Positions 1 to 5,936 of a stretch of DNA of 11,064 nucleotides are shown here, one piece after another. How positions within the stretch are numbered: position 1 is the first letter of the stretch; each line of letters begins with the position of its first letter. The DNA lies in the IMG/VR virus record IMGVR_UViG_648276661_000004, positions 1 to 11,064 of that record; one strand, given 5' to 3'. The notes under the pieces are model-generated. The model made no database searches, was not told the origin of the DNA, and saw only the letters and a list, made by a program, of their open reading frames with translations. The DNA is from a virus (Duplodnaviria > Heunggongvirae > Uroviricota > Caudoviricetes). The position numbers and the translations under genes are program-made.

Positions 1-690
1 GTGCGCCAAAGATGCGGTGAGGTCTTTCGTTATGCAATCATAACTGGCCGAGCTGAATACAATCCAGCACCTGATTTAGCTATCGCTCTGGCCGTTCCTA
101 AGCAAAAACACCACCCATTTTTATCTGCCGAAGAGTTGCCTTATTTTATTCGAGATCTGGAAGCGTATACCGGCAGCATCATCACAAAAAATGCAACAAA
201 GATAGTTATGCTTACCGGTGTACGAACCCAAGAGATGCGCTTTGCTACATGGGATGAGGTTGATCTTGAAAAAGGTATATGGGAAATCCCAGCAGAAAGA
301 ATGAAAATGCGCAGAACCCATCTTGTGCCATTATCAACGCAGGTAACAGAATTATTCAAGCAACTGAAACCTATCACGGGACATTACCCTTACATTTTTA
401 TTGGCAGAAATAACCGCAGTAAACCGATCTCGAAAGAAAGCGTTTCACAAGTAATTGAGCTGCTTGGTTATAAAGGACGGGCTACTGGTCATGGATTTCG
501 GCATTCTATGTCGACCATACTTCATGAGCAAGGATTTGATAGTGCCTGGATTGAAATGCAATTAGCTCATGTTGACAAAAATAATATTCGAGGTACCTAT
601 AATCATGCTCAGTATATAGAAAAAAGAAGATATATGTTGCAGTGGTATGCTGACAGAATACTTCCCCCTTTATCCAAAACTCCATTATAA
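1..690 (+). CDS. int: Tyrosine recombinase / P4-type integrase, C-terminal 229 aa (5' end truncated by window start)
   Basis: ORF runs from the window edge to TAA at 688-690. C-terminal catalytic region motifs HGFRHSMSTILHEQG and RGTYNHAQYIEKRRYM (conserved Tyr region) are typical of P4-family integrases. It converges on the cargo cassette. Confidence 0.9.
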   Translation: MRQRCGEVFRYAIITGRAEYNPAPDLAIALAVPKQKHHPFLSAEELPYFIRDLEAYTGSIITKNATKIVMLTGVRTQEMRFATWDEVDLEKGIWEIPAERMKMRRTHLVPLSTQVTELFKQLKPITGHYPYIFIGRNNRSKPISKESVSQVIELLGYKGRATGHGFRHSMSTILHEQGFDSAWIEMQLAHVDKNNIRGTYNHAQYIEKRRYMLQWYADRILPPLSKTPL

Positions 691-698
691 AATACAGA

Positions 699-725
699 CT
701 GGCAGCCTAAAAATAAGGCTGCCAG
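699..725. terminator. Convergent-gene hairpin (9-bp perfect stem CTGGCAGCC / GGCTGCCAG, 9-nt loop) between int and the cargo operon
   Basis: Perfect inverted repeat read directly. On the minus-strand RNA the hairpin is followed by a U-rich run (UCUGUAUUUUAU); on the plus strand the downstream tract is weaker. It lies between the stops of two convergent genes. Confidence 0.45.
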
Positions 726-736
726 TGATTACAAAG

Positions 737-1270
737 TTACAATCTCCTATTGAGATCATGTTTGTTTTTTTTATTTTTTAGTTCAATTATAAAATTAACA
801 TTAGATGCAATCACAATATAGAGAGCTATAAGCTGTAAATAGCTCAACATTAGCAAAAAAAATATACCAATTGCAACAAAAAAACTTGGAATATGAATAA
901 ACAGCCAAGATTTAATGATGAACGGCTTTAAAACAACTCCTATTAAAAGAAGAGATAACACTATTGCGGATAGTACCACAACACCAACAATGATCTTGAC
1001 TCGCTCACTATCCTCATCTGAAAAAATAGCATCCACTTTTGATGGCTGCGTAATCCTCAATATTGCATTAGGGTATAGATATGCTATCCATATTCCCATA
1101 ATAGTAAAAACCATTACAGAAACATTCTGTAAAATAGAAATTAATGGGTCTAAATCCTGACTTTTAATATCAGAGCGATATGCAAAACTGGCCCAAACAA
1201 TAGCAGCTAATGGAATGATGTGAAGATATTTGAGACGCTCTCGAGTTTTATCTTTCATATACATCACCAA
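737..1270 (-). CDS. Hypothetical multipass membrane protein (4-5 predicted TM helices, basic C-terminal tail), second gene of the cargo cassette
   Basis: 177-aa ORF with hydrophobic segments YLHIIPLAAIVWASFAY, VSVMVFTIMGIWIAYLY, IIVGVVVLSAIVLSLLLIGVVL and WLFIHIPSFFVAIGIFFLLMLSYLQLIALYIVIA, ending KNKKNKHDLNRRL. The maximal ORF begins with TTG at 1270 directly abutting the upstream stop (1271-1273); the true start is more likely ATG at 1264 or ATG at 1258 (GGTGA 5 nt upstream). AT-rich codon usage differs from the backbone. Confidence 0.7.
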   Translation of the reverse strand: MVMYMKDKTRERLKYLHIIPLAAIVWASFAYRSDIKSQDLDPLISILQNVSVMVFTIMGIWIAYLYPNAILRITQPSKVDAIFSDEDSERVKIIVGVVVLSAIVLSLLLIGVVLKPFIIKSWLFIHIPSFFVAIGIFFLLMLSYLQLIALYIVIASNVNFIIELKNKKNKHDLNRRL

Positions 1271-2431
1271 TCAAGAATTCGCCTGTTCTTCGGAGTTCGG
1301 AGAACTTGTTGTAAAGGCAGCTAGTAGATTATCTCTAGTTAAGTGCAAAGCATTCAGAATTCTACTAGTCGTATAAAACCCTGAATCATCATACTGACCT
1401 ACATCACTAACTAATAATGTATTCCTTACAACGAACTCGTTTAACCAACATGTTCCCCCTACACCTTCTTTTCTAAAACCTAAGTTGGCCCAATCACCAG
1501 CACTAACATTATATTCTTCATTGTACGTTTCAAAAATAGAACGCAACTCTTCTCCTGTAGGAGAGGCTTCTATGGTTAATTCAATCTTTCTAGTATCTCT
1601 TGTTACCTCGCTAGAAATGAATGGAAGACCTCTAAAATACCTTGTCCAGCCAGCATCTGGCTGAACTGATGCGCTAATGACATCCCGTTTGACGAAGTGC
1701 GTTATCTGGTTAGCAATTCTATCCAAGTCGGCTTCATTTGTTAATTTTGTATATTGTTCACTATATATCCTAAGCCACAAATTGTCACCCGAAGCAGAAA
1801 TAAAAGATATACTTAAATAATTTCCATTTTTACCTTCCTTCATTTCTCGACGTTTTGGCCTAATATTACTATGTAGTGTCATGAAATCACGAAGATATTT
1901 ATTCATCAGTTCTGTATCTGAAATTGAACTATGGAATTTTATTGATGCAAAAATATTTAAAGAGGGAACAAACCAATAATAAGCGGGCTCACCCCATATA
2001 ACATTTTCACCATCTAACTCTTCATCAGCACTGTACAAACGATCATCACTTAAGGCAGAGTCAGAGCGAATACCATAAACTCCATTCCCATTTCCAATTG
2101 CTCGCCATAAAATTACAACATAATCGCCTGTGCTCTCGTTACGCTCAATTCCCTTCAAGTAAACTTTTTTCCTTGAAGAATACCCGGGAGTATTGTCATC
2201 CCAAAGTAATGTATCTGCCAATGAAGTCCTACTTGAGAACCAAGTATGTAAGGACTCCAGCATATCGGCCATCATCAACGGCTCATAATATGAATCACCT
2301 CTCTTATGGAATCCTAATTGTTTATATTTGAAAAAAGTGACCAGTCCTTCGCTCATTTGCGCACCATTAGTTGAAGTTGAATGCTTCGATTTTAGAGAAA
2401 ATCTAACCAGAAGAAGATGTGTGATGAACAT
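1271..2431 (-). CDS. Hypothetical soluble protein (386 aa), first gene of the cargo cassette; no family recognised
   Basis: Long ORF with ATG at 2429-2431 preceded by AAGGA 9 nt upstream; an alternative start is ATG at 2354-2356 (M26). No canonical Walker A/P-loop seen. Contains a Gly-rich stretch IGNGNGVYGIRSD and an acidic cluster SDDRLYSADEELDGEN. The stop TGA sits directly against the start region of the downstream membrane-protein gene, suggesting translational coupling. Confidence 0.75.
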   Translation of the reverse strand: MFITHLLLVRFSLKSKHSTSTNGAQMSEGLVTFFKYKQLGFHKRGDSYYEPLMMADMLESLHTWFSSRTSLADTLLWDDNTPGYSSRKKVYLKGIERNESTGDYVVILWRAIGNGNGVYGIRSDSALSDDRLYSADEELDGENVIWGEPAYYWFVPSLNIFASIKFHSSISDTELMNKYLRDFMTLHSNIRPKRREMKEGKNGNYLSISFISASGDNLWLRIYSEQYTKLTNEADLDRIANQITHFVKRDVISASVQPDAGWTRYFRGLPFISSEVTRDTRKIELTIEASPTGEELRSIFETYNEEYNVSAGDWANLGFRKEGVGGTCWLNEFVVRNTLLVSDVGQYDDSGFYTTSRILNALHLTRDNLLAAFTTSSPNSEEQANS

Positions 2432-2469
2432 TTAATCATGTCCTTAAATTAATGCAACCTTCGTGCGCA

Positions 2470-2488
2470 GTGCTTTCCCCGCCTCGCC
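2470..2488. other. cos site core: 19-nt P2/P4-type cohesive-end sequence (reverse complement reads GGCGAGGCGGGGAAAGCAC)
   Basis: Plus strand 2470-2488 is GTGCTTTCCCCGCCTCGCC, the reverse complement of the P2/P4 cohesive end as I recall it. It lies between psu and the cargo cassette, where cos sits in P4. The 19-mer is recalled from memory, not searched. Confidence 0.65.
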
Positions 2489-2588
2489 CGCCCGCTTTGC
2501 GGGGCAGTTTTAATGCAGTTGCACTGACACACTCAGACCGCGCCGGGAATGGCGCAGTCTGCAGAAAATGAGGCAGGAAAACGCATGC

Positions 2589-2622
2589 AAAGCCATGCAC
2601 CTTATCGATGCATGGCTTTTTT
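2589..2622. terminator. Intrinsic terminator hairpin downstream of psu (stem AAAGCCATGCA / TGCATGGCTTT, 9-nt loop, T-run on plus strand, A-run on the other side)
   Basis: Perfect 9-11 bp inverted repeat followed by TTTTTT on the plus strand and flanked by an A-tract, so it can act in both directions. It sits 30 bp beyond the psu stop (2653-2655) and probably ends the late sid-delta-psu transcript. The plus-strand orientation is the stronger intrinsic terminator. Confidence 0.5.
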
Positions 2623-2652
2623 CAGTAAAAACAGGCGGATTTTCGGGGAATT

Positions 2653-3225
2653 TTACACAGACTGACGTGATGCCAGTTGCGCACTTTTACGCGAAAAAAT
2701 CATGTTCTGCGCAGGGGTGAATTTTTCACGGCTGTCATCCACCGAAGCCGCGTCAGGCCTGAATCCGATGGTCGTTAAAATGTCGCTATCCTGTGCGGAA
2801 TAATTAATTTTTTCACCCTTTGCAAGCCAGGACAGAAGGGCTTCACGCAGGGCATCTGTGGCACGCTGTATGGCACAGTTTCGGGCAATGGCCGTCAGCT
2901 CACTGTAGCCCATCAGCTCCGGTGCCAGTGCCGCCGCCAGTGCTGTGCCGTGCTGCTGCATAAAATCATTCAGCCGGTCGCGGATGCTGATGTGCTGAAC
3001 GGCTTCATGCGAACGAATATAACGACCGGCGGCCTGATTCACCTGCCATTTTCTGACTTCGATAATATTGCGTAATTCGTCCAGGCGACTGACGTTTCTG
3101 CCTTCCCCGGACAGAAGCCGCAGATATTCCTGTTCGGCCGCAGACAGCTCATTTTTGCGTTGCAGCCATGCTGCTTTGTTATTCTGACAGGTGTCAAAGG
3201 CCTGCTGTAAGGCTGTGCTTTCCAT
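2653..3225 (-). CDS. psu: Polarity suppression protein Psu (190 aa)
   Basis: 190-aa ORF at the last position of the sid-delta-psu late operon. The length equals P4 Psu and the N-terminus MESTALQQAFDTCQ is consistent with my recollection of Psu. Confidence 0.85.
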   Translation of the reverse strand: MESTALQQAFDTCQNNKAAWLQRKNELSAAEQEYLRLLSGEGRNVSRLDELRNIIEVRKWQVNQAAGRYIRSHEAVQHISIRDRLNDFMQQHGTALAAALAPELMGYSELTAIARNCAIQRATDALREALLSWLAKGEKINYSAQDSDILTTIGFRPDAASVDDSREKFTPAQNMIFSRKSAQLASRQSV

Positions 3226-3298
3226 CGTTATCTCTTTCTCATCATGCTGAAGAATAAAAATACGGTGTGCGGCGACGGCCGGTGTTAACCGGCAGCCC

Positions 3299-3799
3299 TC
3301 ATTCCAGACGCAGCGAATATGATTGTGTTTTTAAGCGTACTGGCGGCAGTTCCTGTTTTTCATGCAGGCTTTCTGCCAGTTCGTCCGGCGTGACCGGGCG
3401 GACAATAAAACGGTTGATGGTCTGAAGCGTTTTAAACACCAGACCACATCCCGGATCCGTGCACACATAAAAACGCTCGGTGACTTCCTGAGACAGACGC
3501 CGCGATGTTCTTGACAGTGCAAGGCCTTTACATCTCCGACAACAATATCCGGTAACAAGCATTCTTTTCGGGCGTTTCATACTGCCGGAGGCTGACGTCA
3601 GTGAATCGCGGTATCTCTGTTTGCCTGAAATGTATTCCATTCCTGAATCTTTACAGTCAGAGAAAAAGCTTTCACTCGCTTCAAATGTCGCAGAGCAATA
3701 AATATTCCGGCACTGTGCAATCATTATCTTGGTGCCATCGTCCATGAAATGTGCGCGACGGGTGTGAGCAACATGTCCACACGACGGGCAGTAAATCAT
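3299..3799 (-). CDS. delta: Delta late-gene transcriptional activator (Ogr/Delta zinc-finger family, tandem-domain form, 166 aa)
   Basis: Two Ogr-like Cys motifs: CPSCGH...CRNIYC at the N-terminus and CCRRCKG...CTDPGCG in the second half. The 166-aa length equals P4 Delta. Its ATG overlaps the sid stop in an ATGA arrangement (3796-3799). Confidence 0.9.
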   Translation of the reverse strand: MIYCPSCGHVAHTRRAHFMDDGTKIMIAQCRNIYCSATFEASESFFSDCKDSGMEYISGKQRYRDSLTSASGSMKRPKRMLVTGYCCRRCKGLALSRTSRRLSQEVTERFYVCTDPGCGLVFKTLQTINRFIVRPVTPDELAESLHEKQELPPVRLKTQSYSLRLE

Positions 3800-4530
3800 G
3801 ACAGCAGCCCTCTGGCCTTAAGCTCTGCTGCCTGCTGGTCTATTTTGTCCTGCCACACCTTGCGCTGTGCCGGTGTGCCTGCCACCTCATAATCCATGTG
3901 CGGGAGTGTTGCCGCTGACAGTCCGGTCAGCCGGAGAACCGGCTCGCCGGTGAGGCTGATTTGCATCTGTTTAATTTTCTGTTCCAGCGATGATTTCACC
4001 TGCTGCATGACAGCTTTATCGGGTGCGACGTAGCCCTGATGGCCGGTGGTGTTGGCGAGCGGATTTTCCTGTACCAGGATACTCAGATGCATTGCCCGGA
4101 CAAGCGCCTCACAGGTTTCATTCAGGGCGTGTTCCAGCTCATGCTCTGCATACAGACTCAGAAGGTGATGATGTGCCTTCCGGTAGGCGGTGGCCGTGCT
4201 GTCACACGCCCCTTTCAGGCGTTCACGTTCGAAATTCAGCACCACGGCCAGATTGTCATATTCCTGTACCAGCTCCCGGCGTGCCACGCGCTCAATGCGG
4301 CGCTGTTTCAGCTCGTCGCTCAGGACACCACCGGCTGCACGAAAGGCCGTGCGCCAGTCGTCAGCGTCGTTTCCGTCGGTCTGCGCCAGCACATTTTTTT
4401 CCTGCTCTGCCCGTTCAATGGCCGTGATGGTCTCATCCATCAGGCGGGCGTTCTCAAGGTGGGCGGCTCTGGCCTTTTCCAGTTGTGCCAGTGCGGGTTG
4501 CAGATATTCAGGGATAGTGTGGTCAGACAT
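3796..4530 (-). CDS. sid: Capsid size determination protein Sid (external scaffold), 244 aa
   Basis: Start chosen at ATG 4528-4530 with GAGGAG 7 nt upstream, giving 244 aa, the length of P4 Sid. The ORF track starts 6 codons earlier at a GTG. Coiled-coil-like, charged composition. First gene of the late operon, 4-nt overlap with delta. Confidence 0.85.
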   Translation of the reverse strand: MSDHTIPEYLQPALAQLEKARAAHLENARLMDETITAIERAEQEKNVLAQTDGNDADDWRTAFRAAGGVLSDELKQRRIERVARRELVQEYDNLAVVLNFERERLKGACDSTATAYRKAHHHLLSLYAEHELEHALNETCEALVRAMHLSILVQENPLANTTGHQGYVAPDKAVMQQVKSSLEQKIKQMQISLTGEPVLRLTGLSAATLPHMDYEVAGTPAQRKVWQDKIDQQAAELKARGLLS

Positions 4531-4564
4531 TTTCCGGCTCCTCGTCACTTCAGGTTAAGAAAAT

Positions 4565-4620
4565 TGTGACGTACACCGGACAACAACACGACGTATTGCA
4601 GATGTGCCAGCCCTGACACA
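4565..4620 (-). promoter_or_regulatory. Psid-like late promoter region with two Ogr/Delta-type TGT-N12-ACA dyads (4565-4582 and 4603-4620)
   Basis: Two exact TGT-N12-ACA elements spaced 38 bp centre to centre. With a minus-strand transcription start near 4556 they would be centred near -18 and -55, the arrangement I recall for P4 late promoters. The sid SD and ATG follow at 4545-4528. Confidence 0.6.
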
Positions 4621-4699
4621 GGAGACTCATCCTCACACCGGCAAGCCAGGAAAAGGTCGCAGGAAAAACCGGCTTACTGTTTGTTTTTTTATATTTTAC

Positions 4700-4803
4700 T
4701 GTTCACCTCTGTTCACCTTAATAAAAAAGATAAGTAATACAGTAAGTTAAAGGGTGAACAATCGCAGTAATGACTGTTCACCGTCTGTTCACCACTGTTC
4801 ACC
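4700..4803. repeat. Cluster of TGTTCACC octamer iterons (alpha-protein binding type; ori-like)
   Basis: TGTTCACC at 4700-4707, 4710-4717, 4775-4782, 4786-4793 and 4796-4803, plus the inverted copy GGTGAACA at 4753-4760. The same octamer recurs in the crr-like repeats about 4.8 kb away, as expected for P4 ori/crr. Confidence 0.6.
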
Positions 4804-4907
4804 CGCTCATGGACTTTTTGTGCTGTTTACTACTGTTTGTTTTTATTAATTCGCCGGGAATGAATAAGAAGAAACGATTTGTATTTCACTATAAAAATTA
4901 CAAATTG

Positions 4908-4937
4908 CTTTAAGTGGCTTTAAATGACTTTAAGTGG
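4908..4937 (+). repeat. Three tandem 10-bp units CTTTAAGTGG / CTTTAAATGA / CTTTAAGTGG upstream of vis
   Basis: Direct tandem repeat read from the sequence, in the Psid/PLL control region. Function unknown; a candidate protein-binding array. Confidence 0.4.
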
Positions 4938-4962
4938 GAATGAACAAAAAACACACAACCAT

Positions 4963-4980
4963 TGTAAGGCTGCCGGAACA
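4963..4980 (+). promoter_or_regulatory. TGT-N12-ACA dyad, candidate Delta site of a PLL-like late promoter driving vis
   Basis: Exact TGT-N12-ACA (TGTAAGGCTGCCGGAACA). If centred at -55, transcription would start near 5026, about 57 nt upstream of the vis ATG at 5083. Confidence 0.45.
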
Positions 4981-5082
4981 AATCCCCCCTGTTGCGTCTG
5001 CTGAAAATATTCACAAAATAAAGCGCTACCCGAAGCCGGACGGACTTATCCGGTGCTGTATGGACATTAACGAGGTAGCCCG

Positions 5083-5349
5083 ATGCAAGCTGTTTTTTCT
5101 TCCCCGTCTCCTGCCCCTGTGACGCCACTGATGCCGCTGCCGGACATCACGCAGGAGCGTTTTTTACGTCTGCCGGAAGTGATGCACCTGTGCGGCCTGT
5201 CACGCTCGACCATCTACGAACTCATCCGTAAGGGGGAATTTCCGCCGCAGGTGAGTCTTGGCGGTAAAAATGTGGCCTGGCTGCACTCTGAAGTCACTGC
5301 ATGGATGGCCGGGCGCATCGCCGGACGCAAACGGGGGTACGACGCATGA
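5083..5349 (+). CDS. vis: Vis / AlpA-family DNA-binding regulator-excisionase (88 aa)
   Basis: Helix-turn-helix core [19 protein letters not shown] characteristic of the AlpA/Vis family. ATG at 5083 has GAGG 7 nt upstream. The 88-aa length and the position between the late promoter region and the immunity region match P4 vis. Confidence 0.8.
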   Translation: MQAVFSSPSPAPVTPLMPLPDITQERFLRLPEVMHLCGLSRSTIYELIRKGEFPPQVSLGGKNVAWLHSEVTAWMAGRIAGRKRGYDA

Positions 5350-5384
5350 TGATGCCTGTTCTGCAAAAACTCCCTTTTTCTGGC

Positions 5385-5414
5385 TTGCCTTTTTCCGGCA
5401 TTTGCGGATATAGT
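5385..5414 (+). promoter_or_regulatory. Sigma70-like promoter (TTGCCT - 18 bp - TATAGT), candidate PLE-type promoter for the immunity/early operon
   Basis: -35 TTGCCT at 5385-5390 and -10 TATAGT at 5409-5414 with an 18-bp spacer. It sits 36 bp after the vis stop and about 30 bp upstream of seqA. Confidence 0.5.
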
Positions 5415-5443
5415 TTTTCCGCTGCCGCAAAATCGGCAGCCGG

Positions 5444-5474
5444 GCGTGAGAACCCGAGCAATCTAACGGCGACA
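5444..5474 (+). promoter_or_regulatory. seqA-like antisense target (blocks GTGAGAA ... TCTAACGG complementary to the seqB-like segment at 5641-5663)
   Basis: GCGTGAGAACCCGAGCAATCTAACGGCGACA shares the two blocks GTGAGAA and (T)CTAACGG with seqC (5687-5730). Both blocks are complementary to CCGTTAGA...ATTCTCAC at 5641-5663. Confidence 0.45.
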
Positions 5475-5477
5475 TAT

Positions 5478-5499
5478 GACGCGCCATGCGTCTTTTTTT
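5478..5499 (+). terminator. Hairpin GACGC-GCCAT-GCGTC followed by TTTTTTT: candidate immunity (premature-termination) terminator just after seqA
   Basis: 5-bp GC-rich stem, 5-nt loop and a T7 run on the plus strand inside the operon leader. This fits the termination-based immunity mechanism of P4/P1-type antisense systems. Confidence 0.45.
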
Positions 5500-5589
5500 G
5501 TGTCGCAATCAACGCCACAGAGCGCCAGATTATGGTGTGGCGTGTGGTTTGCCGTGCAGGTATGATCCTGTTTGCAATCGCATGTTATG

Positions 5590-5670
5590 CCACTGAGTCA
5601 ATGGTAGCTCAGGCGGGGCAGCCTCCGGGCTGGCCGGTATCCGTTAGAGCCGGTATTCTCACCCCCGTCT
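5590..5670 (+). ncRNA. Candidate CI-like (C4-family) antisense immunity RNA containing the seqB-like segment; ends are approximate
   Basis: 5641-5663 (CCGTTAGAGCCGGTATTCTCACC) is complementary in two blocks to both seqA and seqC. It lies between the two targets as in P4. The exact 5' and 3' ends cannot be set from sequence alone. Confidence 0.3.
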
Positions 5671-5686
5671 GGGCTATCGCCATCGA

Positions 5687-5730
5687 GCGTGAGAACTCCG
5701 GCGATAGCGTAACCTGCTATCTAACGGAGG
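5687..5730 (+). promoter_or_regulatory. seqC-like antisense target overlapping the ribosome-binding site of the kil/icd-like gene
   Basis: GCGTGAGAACTCCGGCGATAGCGTAACCTGCTATCTAACGGAGG: the GTGAGAA block lies in the loop of a hairpin (GCTATCGCC 5672-5680 pairing with GGCGATAGC 5700-5708), and the CTAACGG block is fused to the GGAGG SD (5726-5730) of the downstream gene. Confidence 0.45.
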
Positions 5731-5738
5731 CTGCCATC

Positions 5739-5936
5739 ATGGCTACAACCCTTACCCCCTCACACCCTGAATTTGTCTTTGTGTTTGCGGCTGTCCGTCG
5801 CGCAGACCGTCATCCCCGTATCTGCATGCTTCGCACCGTCGCCGGTGATGAACGCAGCGCCCGCCGTTCCCTTGTCCGTGACTATGTGCTCTCCCTTGCT
5901 GCCCGTCTGCCGGTGGTGGAGGTGTCCCGTGCGTAA
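5739..5936 (+). CDS. kil: Kil / Icd-like host cell-division inhibitor (65 aa), first translated gene after the immunity RNA
   Basis: ATG at 5739 with GGAGG 8 nt upstream. The 65-aa product starts [26 protein letters not shown]. Position immediately downstream of seqC is as for P4 kil and P1 icd. The upstream part of the 211-aa track ORF (5301-5738) is regulatory and RNA sequence, not coding. Confidence 0.7.
   Translation: MATTLTPSHPEFVFVFAAVRRADRHPRICMLRTVAGDERSARRSLVRDYVLSLAARLPVVEVSRA

Noticed and set aside
121-377. Minus-strand ORFs (66 and 78 aa) inside int
   Set aside because: Antisense to the integrase catalytic domain; no support.
915-2331. Plus-strand ORFs 915-1160 (81 aa) and 2098-2331 (77 aa) inside the cargo cassette
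   Set aside because: Antisense to the two cassette genes; the AT-rich antisense frames have no start signals.
2477-2504. GC-rich inverted repeat CCCCGC...GCGGGG as a possible terminator
   Set aside because: It overlaps the cos 19-mer and lacks a convincing U-run; more likely part of the cos/terminase recognition region. The hairpin at 2589-2622 is the better terminator.
3331-3558. 75-aa minus-strand ORF overlapping delta in another frame
   Set aside because: Fully nested in delta, whose zinc-finger motifs fix the true frame.
4023-4569. Plus-strand ORFs (134, 176 and 122 aa) overlapping sid
   Set aside because: Antisense to sid; translations are Arg/Ser/Ala-rich with no start context. Sid is supported by its SD, its length and the overlap with delta.
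4934-5122. 62-aa plus-strand ORF and 72-aa minus-strand ORF (4910-5128) in the promoter region upstream of vis
   Set aside because: They fall in the late-promoter control region containing the TGT-N12-ACA dyad; no SD and an implausible composition.
5301-5738. N-terminal 146 codons of the 211-aa track ORF 5301-5936
   Set aside because: This part spans the vis 3' end, the candidate promoter, the antisense targets and the CI-like RNA region. Only the last 65 codons (from ATG 5739 with GGAGG) behave like a gene.
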